Source of the DNA: an uncultured Planctomycetaceae bacterium
Lineage (GTDB): Bacteria > Planctomycetota > Planctomycetia > Gemmatales > Gemmataceae
Length of the DNA: 64,000 nt
NCBI GenBank assembly: GCA_963823075.1
Contig: CAWGKE010000001.1
Location: 1,395,868-1,459,867, forward strand
Reading direction: 5' to 3'
The notes beneath the pieces are model-generated. The model ran no database searches and was not told the DNA's origin. It saw only the letters and a program-made list of their open reading frames with translations. The stretch's first letter is position 1. Each line of letters starts with the position of its first letter. Below, piece by piece: positions 1 to 10,646 of this stretch. A program made the position numbers and the translations under genes.

Positions 1-332
1 GCTTGCCGGTCGGCGGTTGCAGGGTCCGCCCCAGCTCGGCCATTTCGGTCGCGCCGCCGGGCACGTGGGCGGAGTCGGCGGCGGCGGGCGCCTGCGGCGG
101 CGGGGCGGTCTGATTGCCAAGGTTGTCGCGGTCGCGGCGTTCCTCGGTGTGGTGGCGGGTGGTGTTGTTCATGACGGCGTTTCCTGGGGGGAAAGGGCGA
201 ACCCGGGAGAAAAGGGGCGAAAGCCGTGCCGACCCGGCGCGATCGGAGAAGCCCGACGAGCCCGCAGCGCCAAGCAAGGGCGAAACGGCTGCTCGTCCTT
301 GCTTGGCGCTGCGGGCTCGCCGAAGAAGCTGC

Positions 333-1232
333 TCAGCTGGCGAACACCTTGTCCATCCGCTGCGACAGGTCCTTCAGCGCCTCGGCGTCCTTCGACTGCT
401 CGCCCGGCTGCTCGGAGATTCCCCATCCCTTATAGCCGACGTCGTCCAGCGCCTTCATGATGGCCGGCCAATTGTCGTCGCCCTCGAAAAAGCGGACGCT
501 GAATTTCTTGAGGGCGCTGTACTCCTTGATGTGCAGCTTGAGGATGCGTTTGCCGAGCTTCGGGATCCACTCCTCCGGCTTGCCGTAGCGCAGGACGTTG
601 CCGATGTCGAAGTGCCAGCCGACCATCGGGCTGTCGATGGCGGCGAGGAAATCCAGCGCCTGCTCCGGCTTGGTGATGAAATTGTTCCAGACGTTTTCGA
701 TCGCCAGCTTCACGTCCAGATCGTGGGCCAGCGGCAGGATCTTCTTGATCTCGACGACGGAACGGCTGAAGCACTCGTCGTAGGTAACCTTGTCGTTGAC
801 GATGCCGGGCACCAGCAGCACCGACGTGGCGCCGTAGCGCTTGGCGTCCTTGAGCGCCACCTCGACGCCCTCGCGGGCCTCCTGGCGGACGTTCTCGTCG
901 GGGTGCGACAGCGGTTTGCCCCAGTGGGTGCTGCAGCAGACGCTGGCCGGCTTCAGGCCGCTCTTGTCGAAGGCCTCCACCACCTCGTCCTGTCGCATGT
1001 GGCTCATCGGCTCGACGCCCTCGAAGCCGGCGGCCTTCACGGCCTGGAATTGCTCCAGGACCGACCCCTTGTAGGTCAGCGTGCCGTACATGATGGCCTT
1101 GTGAAGCTCGCGCTTGCTCGGCGGTTCGTCGGCCGCGGCGACGCGGCCCAGCGCGGCCGCCGCCACGGCGCCACCGCCGATCCGCAGGAAGTCGCGCCGG
1201 TGCAGGTTCTCGGTCATGGGTTCCCCCCTCAA
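333..1232 (-). CDS. Sugar phosphate isomerase/epimerase (xylose-isomerase-like TIM barrel), TAT-secreted
   Basis: 299-aa ORF. N-terminal twin-arginine signal RRDFLRIGGGAVAAAA. Xylose-isomerase-like TIM-barrel sequence features (WHFDIGN, LHIKE). Overlapping plus-strand ORFs are GC-rich off-frame artefacts. Confidence 0.8.
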   Translation of the reverse strand: MRGEPMTENLHRRDFLRIGGGAVAAAALGRVAAADEPPSKRELHKAIMYGTLTYKGSVLEQFQAVKAAGFEGVEPMSHMRQDEVVEAFDKSGLKPASVCCSTHWGKPLSHPDENVRQEAREGVEVALKDAKRYGATSVLLVPGIVNDKVTYDECFSRSVVEIKKILPLAHDLDVKLAIENVWNNFITKPEQALDFLAAIDSPMVGWHFDIGNVLRYGKPEEWIPKLGKRILKLHIKEYSALKKFSVRFFEGDDNWPAIMKALDDVGYKGWGISEQPGEQSKDAEALKDLSQRMDKVFAS

Positions 1233-1322
1233 TAATGGAGCCGGCGGCCGGGCCGCCGGGCGTGTGGTCTCTCCTGGAAAGGGATTCTATCCCGACCGTT
1301 TCGGAGGAGGCGGAAAATCGGG

Positions 1323-1351
1323 AAAAAATGATTGACAATTTGGAAAGGAAT
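1323..1351 (+). promoter_or_regulatory. Sigma70-like promoter candidate (TTGACA-17-TACGTT)
   Basis: TTGACAatttggaaaggaatggtTACGTT in the intergenic region upstream of the plus-strand genes that begin at 1573. Confidence 0.35.
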
Positions 1352-1572
1352 GGTTACGTTCTACCCCATCTTCGGCCTCTTCTCTGTTCCGGCCCCGCCG
1401 CTTCGCACCCGCGGACGGCGGGGTTTTTCCATTTCTCTCACTCGCCGCCATCAGCCGGCGCTCGCCGAATCCCCGCGACGAACTTGACCCGTTCGGGTAC
1501 AATGTCCTTTGCCTTTCGTGGGGTTCCCCACGGCGCCCCGAAGCCCTGTGGCCTGCCTCGAAGGAGTCCGTC

Positions 1573-1971
1573 ATGCTTTCCGCCGAATGCGCGCGAGAAT
1601 TGCGCACCGCCTGGCTGCCGAACCTGACCGACGCCGGCCTCGACCGGATCATCGAGCTGCTGGAAAAGGGAAGTCCGTTCCTCATCCACGGCTGCTTCAC
1701 CAAGGCCGCCCCGATGGGCTGCCTGGCGTCGCACGCCGCGTGGCACCACCCCCGCACCGCCCATCTCACCCAGGACGCCGGGATCACCTGGCTGCACCAT
1801 GTCGCCGGCCTCAACCCCGCCACGTCGGCCGTGCTGCGCGAGTGGGACGGCCGCGGCGCCAACGACCTCGACCTGCGGGGCGACCTGCTGAGCCTGTTCC
1901 GCACGGAACGCCAGGCGCGGCGGTCGCCGACGCCGGCCGCGGCGCGCGCGTCGGTCCTCGTCGGCGTTTGA
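1573..1971 (+). CDS. Hypothetical protein
   Basis: 132-aa ORF in a clean frame between a promoter-like site and the downstream methyltransferase. No recognisable domain. Confidence 0.45.
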   Translation: MLSAECARELRTAWLPNLTDAGLDRIIELLEKGSPFLIHGCFTKAAPMGCLASHAAWHHPRTAHLTQDAGITWLHHVAGLNPATSAVLREWDGRGANDLDLRGDLLSLFRTERQARRSPTPAAARASVLVGV

Positions 1972-1985
1972 GGGCGTCGCCCCCC

Positions 1986-2672
1986 ATGTTACCGCGCGTC
2001 CTCGAACCCGAGGTGATGGATTCCGCCGAGGAAGCCCGCGACTACGATGCGATGGACCATTCGACGGTCAACCGCGTCTTCGTCACGGACTTCCTCGCCG
2101 TCTGGGACGGGACCAACCCGATCCTCGACGTGGGCGCCGGAACCGCACAGATCCCGATCGAACTGTGCCGCCAAAGCTCCACGGCCATCGTCACCTGCGT
2201 CGATCTGGCGGAACACATGCTGGCGGTCGGCCGCGACAACGTGGACCGGGCCGGCCTGCACGACCGCATCCGCCTGGAGCGCTGCGACGCCAAGCGGCTG
2301 CCGCACACGACCGGCGCCTTCGGGGCCGTGATCTCCAACAGCATCGTGCATCACATCCCCGAGCCGGCCGAGGCGCTGGCGGAGATGGTGCGCGTCGCGG
2401 CGCCGGGCGGCGTCCTGTTCGTGCGCGACCTGCTGCGGCCCGACGACGAAACGACACTGCGCCGCCTCGTCGAGCAGTACGCCGGCGGCGCCAACGCCCA
2501 TCAGCAAAAAATGTTCGCCGACTCGCTGTACGCCGCCCTGTCGCTGGCGGAGGTCCGCGAACGCATCGCCGCGCTTGGATTCGACCCCGCCGAAGTCCGC
2601 CCGACCACCGATCGGCACTGGACCTGGAAAGCAGTGGCGAGTGGCGAGTGGCGAGTGGCGAGTGGTCGTTGA
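1986..2672 (+). CDS. Class I SAM-dependent methyltransferase
   Basis: ATG at 1986. Motif I LDVGAGTAQIP and post-motif AVISNSIVHH. The C-terminal residues WKAVASGEWRVASGEWRVASGR are encoded by the left arm of a tandem-heptamer hairpin. Confidence 0.8.
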   Translation: MLPRVLEPEVMDSAEEARDYDAMDHSTVNRVFVTDFLAVWDGTNPILDVGAGTAQIPIELCRQSSTAIVTCVDLAEHMLAVGRDNVDRAGLHDRIRLERCDAKRLPHTTGAFGAVISNSIVHHIPEPAEALAEMVRVAAPGGVLFVRDLLRPDDETTLRRLVEQYAGGANAHQQKMFADSLYAALSLAEVRERIAALGFDPAEVRPTTDRHWTWKAVASGEWRVASGR

Positions 2673-2745
2673 CACTATTCCAATTCGGAACAGAGGTGGG
2701 GCGGCCGGCGCCCTGTTTTCACTCGCCACTCGCCACTCGCCACTA
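2633..2745. repeat. Hairpin whose stems are tandem heptamers, (GTGGCGA)4 and (TCGCCAC)3, around a ~55-nt loop
   Basis: Left arm 2633-2665 is the exact reverse complement of right arm 2721-2745. It overlaps the methyltransferase stop and the mlaE-like start. Probable terminator or structured element. Confidence 0.85.
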
Positions 2746-3509
2746 TGCTTGAAACCCTCGGCCGTCTCTCCCACTTCGCCTGGCGCTCTCTGCTGGTGCT
2801 GCCGCACGCGCTGTTGCGGCCGCGCGAGCTGGCCGCTCAACTGTTCCACGTCCTGATGGGATCGCTGCCGCTGGCGCTCACCGCCGGGGCGGCCATCGGC
2901 GTCGTCGTGTGGCTGCACCTGCGCGGCGCCCTGGAAGCTGTCGCCGGGCCGGGGGCCGTCGTCTATCTGCCGCAGGCGCTCGCGCTGGCCGTCGTGCTGG
3001 AGCTGGCGCCGCTCGCCGCCGGACTCGTCGTGGCCGGACGCATGGGGGCCAGTCTCGGCGCCGGCCTCGGGGCCATGACCCTCACCGAACAAATCGACGC
3101 ACTGGAGGCGCAGGGCCTCTCCCCCATGCGCGAATTGACGGCCCCCCGCGTCCTCGCCTGCATGATCTCGCTGCCGCTGCTCACCGTGTTCATTTCCTTC
3201 ACCGCCCTCGCATCCGGCTGGCTGGCCGAGACGCTCGGCGGGACCCTCACCGGCCGGCAGTTCTTCAACGAGTCACTGCGCGTCCTCACGTTGCACGACG
3301 TCCTCCCGGCCGTGTTCAAGACGGTCGTGTTCGGCTGGCTGATCGGTGCGTCCGGCTGCTACTTCGGCATGAGCGCCCGCGGCGGCGCCGAGGGCGTCGG
3401 CAAGGCGGCCACCGCCGGCGTCGTGGCGTCGCTGTTCCTCGTGCTGGTTTCCGACGTGGCGCTCGTCAAGCTCATCCAGATCGTCACGGCCTGGGCGCCG
3501 CATCTGTGA
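2745..3509 (+). CDS. mlaE: MlaE-family ABC transporter permease
   Basis: 254-aa polytopic membrane protein with the MlaE/YrbE signature region (LTEQIDALEAQGLSPMRELTAPRVLA). Confidence 0.8.
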   Translation: MLETLGRLSHFAWRSLLVLPHALLRPRELAAQLFHVLMGSLPLALTAGAAIGVVVWLHLRGALEAVAGPGAVVYLPQALALAVVLELAPLAAGLVVAGRMGASLGAGLGAMTLTEQIDALEAQGLSPMRELTAPRVLACMISLPLLTVFISFTALASGWLAETLGGTLTGRQFFNESLRVLTLHDVLPAVFKTVVFGWLIGASGCYFGMSARGGAEGVGKAATAGVVASLFLVLVSDVALVKLIQIVTAWAPHL

Positions 3510-3819
3510 GACGGGCTTCTCCCTTCCTGCGAAATGGCGTGCGCATTTTTGGGCGGAGGAGCGGCGCCCGCGCGAGTGGCGCGGCGTCTGCCCGCCGGTG
3601 CTGCACGAAGTCAGCGACAAGATACTGCACTGGCGGGCTGACGCCGCGCCGCTCGCCGCTCGCACCGCCGAACGGCATGGATGTTGCCTAAAGGTTCTGC
3701 CGCTACCGGAGGCGGTTCCGGAATGCTTCCCGGACGCGCAAGGGTTTGCGATCCAACGGTTGGGCCGCGGCCCCCACCAGGGAAATCGACCTTCAGCCGC
3801 AAAAGAGGGAGTAGATCCA

Positions 3820-4272
3820 ATGGCGAACAATCCCGGTTCCGTTCACGACAAGAGCAAGGACTTCGCTTCCAGCGTCGGCCAAGCCGCGTCGGACGTCAAG
3901 AACAAGGCCCAAGACCTCGGCGCCGCCGCCATGCACCAGGCCAAGGACGCCGCGTCCAACCTGGCCGACAAGGCCAAGGGCGCTGCCAACTACGTCGGCC
4001 AGCGGGCGGAAGACGCCACCTCGGCCGCCGGCGGCGGGCTGAAATCGCTGGCCAGCCAGGTGCGCCAGAACGCCCCGCACGAAGGGATGCTCGGCTCGGC
4101 CGCCAGCGGCGTCGCCGGCGCCCTCGACCGCACGGGCGACTACCTGCGCGAGCAGGGCCTCAGCGGCATGGGCAGCGACTTCACGAACCTGATCCGGCGG
4201 AACCCGATCCCGGCCCTGCTGATCGGCGTCGCCGTCGGCTTCCTTCTCGCCCGGGTCACGTCGAGGAGCTGA
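3820..4272 (+). CDS. DUF883 (ElaB/YqjD-like) membrane-anchored stress protein
   Basis: ATG at 3820 with an upstream AGAGGGAG RBS. KDxA repeats and a C-terminal TM anchor (NPIPALLIGVAVGFLLARV). Confidence 0.7.
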   Translation: MANNPGSVHDKSKDFASSVGQAASDVKNKAQDLGAAAMHQAKDAASNLADKAKGAANYVGQRAEDATSAAGGGLKSLASQVRQNAPHEGMLGSAASGVAGALDRTGDYLREQGLSGMGSDFTNLIRRNPIPALLIGVAVGFLLARVTSRS

Positions 4273-4276
4273 GATC

Positions 4277-4690
4277 ATGGCCGACCGTTTGCAGACGACG
4301 CCGACCAGCGCCGAACCGTCGGTGACGACGCTGCTCAGCGGCATCGTCACCGACGCGCAAGAGCTGATTAATCAGCAGTTGCAGCTGTTCAAACACGAAC
4401 TCAAAGACGACATGAAACGGGCCCAGGAGGGGTTGCCCGTCCTGGGCATGGGCGTCAGCATCGCGGTGGCGGCCGTCTTCCTGCTTGGCATAACGGTCGC
4501 CCTCTTGCTCAGCTGGGCGATCCCGGCCCTCCCCTGGTGGGGGAGCTTTGCCATAGTAACGGTCGTCTTCGGCGTGGCGGGCTGCGTCCTGCTGTATTTC
4601 GCCAAGAAAAACCTGGAGTCGCTTCCCATGAGCCGTGAGGCCATGAAAGCGACTGAGGAGAACGTCGAATGGTTAACGAAACCGAAGTAA
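4277..4690 (+). CDS. YqjE/Holin-X-like (DUF1469 / Phage_holin_3_6 family) membrane protein
   Basis: 137 aa with two TM helices. This is the usual partner of DUF883 genes (the yqjD-yqjE-yqjK arrangement). Confidence 0.65.
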   Translation: MADRLQTTPTSAEPSVTTLLSGIVTDAQELINQQLQLFKHELKDDMKRAQEGLPVLGMGVSIAVAAVFLLGITVALLLSWAIPALPWWGSFAIVTVVFGVAGCVLLYFAKKNLESLPMSREAMKATEENVEWLTKPK

Positions 4691-5430
4691 TCCGAGAGAA
4701 AATGGAGGCGACGCGCGGCGAGCTGTCCGACAAGATCGAGAAGCTCGAACAGCAGGTCGTGGACACCGTTCAGGGGGCCACTTCCACCGTCGCCGATGCG
4801 GTTCAGGGCGCCAAGGAGATGGTCGAATCCGTGAAGGACACGATGGAAGGCGCCATGGGGACCGTGAAGGACACGGTGGACAGCGTCCGGGACACGATGG
4901 AGAACGTCACGGGCGCCGTGGGCGGCGCGGTGGACGACGTCAAGGAAACCTTCCAGGACGCCGCCGAGTGCGTCCGGCAAACGTTCGATCTGCCGCGACA
5001 GGTGGACCAGCATCCCTGGCTCATGATGGGCGGGGCGGTCGCCGTCGGCTTCGTGGCCGGCAAGCTGCTGCCGCACGCTCCCGAGGCGGCCCGCGCGGTC
5101 GGCCGCGCCGCCCAGGCGAGCGGCCGATTGGCCGGCTCGGCGCTGTCCGCGGCCGGCTCGGCGGCGTCCTCCGCCGGCAGCTGGTGGGGCACGCTGGAAA
5201 GCATGTTCGGTCCCGAATTGGGCCGGGTCAAGGAGCTGGCCCTCGGAACGTTGTTCGGCGTGATCCGCGACGTGGCAGTCCAGGCCGCCCCCGAGTCGAT
5301 TTCCCGCCAGGTGCGGGAGATCATCGACAGTGCTACGTCCAAAATAGGCGGCAAGCCGGTCGAAGGCGCCGTCCTCAGTCCGCGCCCGCCCGAGGAAGAG
5401 GCCCATAATGGGCCGGGGCGGCGGTTCTAG
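4669..5430 (+). CDS. DUF3618-like coiled-coil membrane protein (YqjD/YqjK-like)
   Basis: 253 aa. The N-terminal coiled coil has repeated DTV/DTM motifs, then a TM segment. It overlaps the preceding gene by 22 nt. Confidence 0.6.
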   Translation: MVNETEVIREKMEATRGELSDKIEKLEQQVVDTVQGATSTVADAVQGAKEMVESVKDTMEGAMGTVKDTVDSVRDTMENVTGAVGGAVDDVKETFQDAAECVRQTFDLPRQVDQHPWLMMGGAVAVGFVAGKLLPHAPEAARAVGRAAQASGRLAGSALSAAGSAASSAGSWWGTLESMFGPELGRVKELALGTLFGVIRDVAVQAAPESISRQVREIIDSATSKIGGKPVEGAVLSPRPPEEEAHNGPGRRF

Positions 5431-5453
5431 TTCACCTTCCGGTGAATCGTTTT

Positions 5454-5524
5454 GTTCAGCCGCGACCCGACAGGGGAGCGGGTCTCGATGACGCGCTTTC
5501 CTGTCGGGTCGCGGCTGAACTTTT
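5454..5524. terminator. Rho-independent, bidirectional terminator (21-bp perfect stem plus T-run)
   Basis: GTTCAGCCGCGACCCGACAGG ... CCTGTCGGGTCGCGGCTGAAC followed by TTTT. It lies between convergent genes. Confidence 0.8.
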
Positions 5525-7567
5525 CAAAACACTTCCGCCGCTCCATGCGCCTTGAGCAATAGCTGAAGTCGCGGATCCATTTCATCCGGTTCCGGGAACA
5601 GCTGCCGGAAGGCGTCGCCGTGGTCGGACAGGTCCACGCCGGCCGCCAGACAGCGCGGCAGCACCCAGGCGAACAGCACGGCGTCCAGCGCGTCCGGGGC
5701 GCCCGGCTCGGCCGGCCAGCCCGCCAACCGCCGGTCGGCCGCCAGCACGTTGCGGCGCCACAGCTCGTTCGGCGCCGGCTGCATCTGGTCCAGCAGGAAG
5801 CCCAGCGCGTCCTCGTCGGGGCCGTCGGGGTGCGGCCAGGGGCCGGCCGTCATCTGACCGGCCCGCGCCGGCCGGGCCTTCCAGCCGCGCTTCCACGCCA
5901 GGCAGTCCGTGTGCAGGATCGGCCCCAGGGCCGTCAGCACCGGGTCGGGCGGCGCGGCGCTGAATCCCTCGGACAGCACGCCCAGCACCATCAGCCCCGG
6001 CGCCGAATCCAGCCCGGCGGCGCGCTCAGCCAACAGGCGCACCAGATCGGCGCCGTAGGCGTCGATGCAGGAGCGGTTGGCGCCGTGCAGCAGCAGCGCC
6101 GCCGGCCCCTTCGCCGCGACCGATTCCAGAATCGGCCGAACCGCCGTCCCGTCCTTGAGGTCGCTCGGCACGTCCAGCTCGGACCAGCGCTCCCCCGACA
6201 GAGCCAGGGCGGCGGCCCGCGCCAGCACCGGCGCCAGCGACCCTTGAAAGAAAACCGCCTGGCCCAGCGACACGGCCGCCAGGGTCTCGCGCGCCACCGC
6301 CGACGCCGAACGCGGCTGGAGGCCGACGTTCTCCAACTGACTTTTCAGGTGCGCATAGGAGGCGATCCAGGCCGAGCAGCGGAACGGCCTCGCGCTCGTA
6401 GGTGAGGTGCGCCACGGCTGTCACAGCCGTGCCCGGCGCCGCGGCGGCGGCGCCGTCGGCCAGGAACGGCCGCAGCACGGCCACCTCGGCCAGAATCGCG
6501 TTGACCTCCTGTTGCGCCTGGCGGGCGCGGGCCACCACCGCCTCGGCCGTCGCCTCGGCCGTCTGCTCCTTCTTCGCCTCCTCGTCGGCCAGCCGCTGCC
6601 GCGCCGCCTCGATCTCCGCCTCGACGCCCTGCTTCTTCGCCCTCAATTCCTCCACCTCGTCGCCGAGCTGCGACTTCAGCTTTTCCAGCTCCTTGCGATG
6701 CTCCTCGCCGATCTGGTGCTTGTACTGCTCGATGGCCTCCTGCACCTTCGGGTCGGCGCGCAGCAGCGGCACGCACTCCTCCAGCCGCTTGCCGGTCTGC
6801 AGCGCCTCGTCGAGCAGCGTTTGCAGCCGGCGGCGGTGCAGCGGCGGGATGCGGGAGGCGTGGTCGATGGAGCCGAGCCGGCCGATCAGGTCGTCGTAGA
6901 GTTCCTGGCCGACGCCGATGCGCTGAAGGTTTTCGAGGACCTGTCGGGTGGAGGCGAGGTCGATGAACGAATCGGGTCGCGGCAGCGGCCAGACGAACCA
7001 GCGGATGGTCTGGCCCATGCTGACGAGGACGGGCTGGAGGGCGTGGCGGTTGGGCCAGGCGCCAAGCGGCTGGGCCAGCAGTTCGGGGTCGCAGCGGAAT
7101 CGGCCGTCGGCCTCGGCCGGTTCCAGGCGCACGGGGCCGGCCGTCACGCCGTCGGCGAACTCCAGCAGCAGGTCGCGGCCGTCCAGGCGATAAAACGACT
7201 CCAACCCTCGCTCCAGGAGGAATTGGCGGGCCTCGTCGGCGCGGTGGGAGGGGCAGTCAATGCGGAGCAGCTCGGCCGGCACGTCGGGGCGGAGGCGGAA
7301 GGCGCGGTACTTGGCGCCGCGGTTGCGCTCGCCGAAGCTGGGGTCTTCTTCCACGTCCCAGAAGCCGAGGTCGCGGAAGCGCACGGGGAGATGCGGGAAC
7401 AGGGAGCGCGGCACGTAGATGGAGCCTTGCGGCGGAAACATGCTGAAGTCGGCCTTGAGCAGCCGGCCCTCGTGGCCGGCCGCCATGACGTAGGCGAAGG
7501 TGTAATCCGTCGTGGCGATTTCCGCGCAGAAACCGAGGACAATGCGGGGGACCATGCGATACCTCAA
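5524..7567 (-). CDS. Hypothetical coiled-coil protein of about 680 aa, disrupted by a frameshift near 6340-6420
   Basis: Two overlapping minus-strand ORFs (6026..7567 and 5524..6336) both look protein-like right up to the junction. Beyond the junction the other frame is GC-rich garbage. Central coiled coil EEHRKELEKLKSQLGDEVEELRAKKQG. Confidence 0.55.
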
Positions 7568-7721
7568 AAATAGGAAGACCTAGCCGTCTAACCGTCGGCA
7601 ACAAGGCGAATGGTACGGTATCCTAGCAGAGCCTGGGGCCGGCCGCAAACGGCCGCGCCCTTTCATCCGCGCCGCCGGCGGGTTACGATGGGGCGAACTC
7701 GCCGCCCCCGGAGCATCCCCC

Positions 7722-8747
7722 ATGACCGCGTTCCTCCTCGCCGCGTTCCTCCTCGCCGACCCGCCACCGCAAACCGGCGTGGTGCGGTCGGAATTCATCT
7801 TCACCGACGCCCCGTTCACGGCGTGCCACGCTTCCACCATCGTCCAGACGCGGAAGGGGACGCTGCTGGCCGCCTGGTTCGGCGGGTCGCGCGAGGGTGC
7901 CGCCGACGTCGGGATCTGGCTGGCGCGACAGTCGGACGGCCAGTGGACGAAACCGGTGGAGGTCGCCGACGGCGCCCAGCCTGACGGCAAGCGATTCCCT
8001 TGCTGGAACCCCGTCCTCTTCCAGCCGAAAGACGGGCCGCTGATGCTGTTCTACAAGGTCGGCCCGAACCCGCGCGTCTGGCGCGCCATGCTGACCACCA
8101 GCGACGACGACGGTGTGACGTGGTCGGCGCCGCGGCCGCTGCCGGACGGCTTCCTCGGGCCGATCAAGGACAAGCCGGTCCAACTGGCCGACGGCGCCGT
8201 TCTCTGCCCCAGCAGCACGGAGGACGGCGGCTGGCGCGTCCACTTCGAGCGCACCGACGACCGCGGCCGCGACTGGTCGAAGACCGACCCCCTCAACGAC
8301 GGCAAGGAGATCGAAGCCATCCAGCCGACGATCCTGTCCCACGCCGACGGCCGCCTCCAGGCGCTGGGCCGCAGCCGCCAGGGCAAAATCTGGCAGGCGT
8401 GGTCGAAGGACGACGGCAAGACGTGGGGCGCGATGGAACTCACGGACTTGCCGAATCCCAATTCCGGCATCGACGCCGTGACGCTGGCCGACGGCCGCCA
8501 GCTGCTCGTCTGCAACCACACGACGAAAGACCGCAGCCCGCTCAATGTCGCCGTATCTGACGACGGCAAGACGTGGAAGTCCGCTCTGGTTCTGGAGACG
8601 GAAGCGGGCGAGTATTCGTATCCGGCCGTCGTCCAGGACCGCGACGGCCTCGTCCACATCACCTACACCTGGAAGCGGCAGCGCATCAAACATGTTGTCG
8701 TGGATCCGAAAAAGCTGACGCTCACCGACCTGCCGGCGTCGCCGTGA
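7722..8747 (+). CDS. Sialidase/BNR-repeat (exo-alpha-sialidase-like) glycoside hydrolase
   Basis: 341 aa with Asp-box-like motifs (SDDDGVTWS, SKDDGKTWG, SDDGKTWK). Typical bacterial sialidase-family architecture. Confidence 0.75.
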   Translation: MTAFLLAAFLLADPPPQTGVVRSEFIFTDAPFTACHASTIVQTRKGTLLAAWFGGSREGAADVGIWLARQSDGQWTKPVEVADGAQPDGKRFPCWNPVLFQPKDGPLMLFYKVGPNPRVWRAMLTTSDDDGVTWSAPRPLPDGFLGPIKDKPVQLADGAVLCPSSTEDGGWRVHFERTDDRGRDWSKTDPLNDGKEIEAIQPTILSHADGRLQALGRSRQGKIWQAWSKDDGKTWGAMELTDLPNPNSGIDAVTLADGRQLLVCNHTTKDRSPLNVAVSDDGKTWKSALVLETEAGEYSYPAVVQDRDGLVHITYTWKRQRIKHVVVDPKKLTLTDLPASP

Positions 8748-8786
8748 TCCGGCGGGAGCGCTGGGAACGCTGCGGCCGGCGCTCAT

Positions 8787-9075
8787 TTGCGCCAATTGGC
8801 CGCGGTGATGCGCCAAATGGTGCATGGTTTGGCGCACACTTAACTCCTTGGCAGCATTGACTTTTCCGGGCCTCGCGCCAATGCGCCAAACTTTCGGCGC
8901 CCGGCGTGCTTTCCTCATTTGCCGGCCAGAGCCATTCGACCGGCCGCCTGCTTCCCTGGGTGGATGGATGCTTCGCCATGACGCACCAGGATGTTGCGGG
9001 GACGCGGGCGGCGGTCGAGTGTACCGCGCGGAAGGGGCGTCTGGGCAGGGGAAGTGGAGGGGAAAAGAGTGGTCG
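8787..9075. repeat. Dispersed ~300-bp intergenic repeat, copy A (second copy at 47368-47700)
   Basis: Shared blocks TGCGCCAA..TTGGCGCACACTTAA(C/G)TCCTTGGC..CTTTTCCGGGCC..GCGCCAA, and further on GAGTGTACC..GCGGA.GGG.GTCTGGGCAG..GGGGAAA. Confidence 0.7.
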
Positions 9076-9146
9076 GTCCCAGTAAGGACGTGCAGGGTGG
9101 GTCATAAGACCCATCCTACAGGATTCCTCAACTCGGCCGTGGCAAG

Positions 9147-9623
9147 CTAGGCTTTGTGTGCCTCGGCGCCGGCCGATCCCTGCTCCAACAGCACTTTCAG
9201 CCGTTCCAGGCAGCGGCCGCCTTCCTCTCGGAGTTCATGTTCCCAGAACCGCAAAACGCGGACGGCGGCGCCTTTAAGCTCGGCATTATTCACGCGGTCC
9301 CGCTGCTGATTCCGCGCGATCTTCGCTTTCCAGAAGGGGCGGTTGACGGTCGGGAGGTGACCGCAACGTGGGCACCCATGCCAGTAACAACCGTCGAGGA
9401 ACACGGCGACCTTGTGGTCCGGGAAGAAAATGTCCGGCTTGCCGGCCAAGCCCGTGGTCTGGAGCGTCCACCCCCGGACGCCGGCGCGTACCAGCATCCC
9501 CCGGAATCGGGCCTCCGTCGTGCGGTTGCCCCGACCACGGATCGCCCCCATGCGGCGGGAGTGAGCGACGGGGACGCCCTCGAACTTGCCGCCGACCAGC
9601 TTCTCGCGGAGCGACCGTTCCAT
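9147..9623 (-). CDS. vsr: Very short patch repair endonuclease Vsr
   Basis: 158 aa. Motif FLDGCYWHGCPRCGH matches the Vsr catalytic region (FxDGCFWHGH). It lies immediately downstream of a Dcm-type MTase operon. Confidence 0.85.
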   Translation of the reverse strand: MERSLREKLVGGKFEGVPVAHSRRMGAIRGRGNRTTEARFRGMLVRAGVRGWTLQTTGLAGKPDIFFPDHKVAVFLDGCYWHGCPRCGHLPTVNRPFWKAKIARNQQRDRVNNAELKGAAVRVLRFWEHELREEGGRCLERLKVLLEQGSAGAEAHKA

Positions 9624-9665
9624 GTGGTCTCGATCCTGTCGGGGGGAGTTCGGCGACCCACGCGG

Positions 9666-10646
9666 CTACTCGTTGGCGATGGAGTCGCAAAAGTGCCGGG
9701 CAAAGAAGAAGAGCCATTCGAGCTGGCTGTGCTGCAAGATGCTAACGTTGAAATCGTCCGGGACCACATCCAACGAGATGATGGAATTCAAGTCGCGGAT
9801 GGTGAAGGCGCAATCCTCCGGCTCCGTATCGCTGGGGGAAACGCAGGCCCGGATCAGGGCGCAGGCCATTTCCAGGAACGCCAGGCCGTTGTCCGCGAGG
9901 TGGTTCCACAGTTCGATCCCGATTCGGACGGCCACCCGAACCGTCACCTTTTCCTTGACGAAGGTGCAATCCCACCTGCCGTCCGGCCGGACAATGACGG
10001 CCGCTTGGGGCAGCTTTTCACCAATGTTCCGCAGGATGTGCCAGTCCTTCTTGTTGGACTGCTTCTTCGTTCCATAGAGGACGCCGTAGGTGAAGTCCAC
10101 CTGGGTCGTCCCGGCTTGCCGCGCCCAGCCGCGGGCGTGGGCGATAATGGCGTCGGCGATGTTTTCGCTCATCTCGTCGTTGAGGCAACGGGGGCCGCTC
10201 TTGAGAGTGGCGACCCGGAAAGGGTCGCTTCCCGGCTGCCGGCCGTCGAGGACGGACTCGGCCGAGTGCATCCCACTGGCCACGCACTCCCAACCGTAGA
10301 TAGGCAGGACCACCGTTTCCACCATGCGCCCGGCCGAAGTTTCCATCGACGAGAAGAGCTTTGCCGGGAGAATGTCTTGCTCGATCTCATAGACGTGCCG
10401 GTAGGACTTTTTGAAGGTGTGGAATAGGAGGACGAACGGATTGGTGTTGAACTTGGCGAAGAGCGCGCTCTCCAACGGCAGCGACTCGACGTGGGCGGAG
10501 ATGCGCCGCCGGAAGTCCGTCTCCATTTTCAGCACGCGATTCACCGCATCCTGGTCCGCGTCGAGCGTTGCAAGCGACTCCAGGAGGCCGCTCTTTTTGA
10601 TTTCCAGGGCCTTTGGTCTTGGCATGCCGGCGTGCGAGCGAGCCAT
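9666..10646 (-). CDS. Putative type II restriction endonuclease (family unassigned), cognate to the adjacent C5-MTase
   Basis: ATG at 10646 overlaps the MTase stop (TGATG), consistent with translational coupling. It sits between dcm and vsr. No known domain is recognisable by eye. Confidence 0.5.
   Translation of the reverse strand: MARSHAGMPRPKALEIKKSGLLESLATLDADQDAVNRVLKMETDFRRRISAHVESLPLESALFAKFNTNPFVLLFHTFKKSYRHVYEIEQDILPAKLFSSMETSAGRMVETVVLPIYGWECVASGMHSAESVLDGRQPGSDPFRVATLKSGPRCLNDEMSENIADAIIAHARGWARQAGTTQVDFTYGVLYGTKKQSNKKDWHILRNIGEKLPQAAVIVRPDGRWDCTFVKEKVTVRVAVRIGIELWNHLADNGLAFLEMACALIRACVSPSDTEPEDCAFTIRDLNSIISLDVVPDDFNVSILQHSQLEWLFFFARHFCDSIANE

Noticed and set aside
17-1338. Several long ORFs overlapping the 333-1232 isomerase gene (17..460, 114..1235, 430..1338)
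   Set aside because: They are Arg/Gly/Ala-rich translations, typical of off-frame or antisense reading in ~70% GC DNA. The minus-strand ORF with the TAT signal and TIM-barrel motifs is the real gene.
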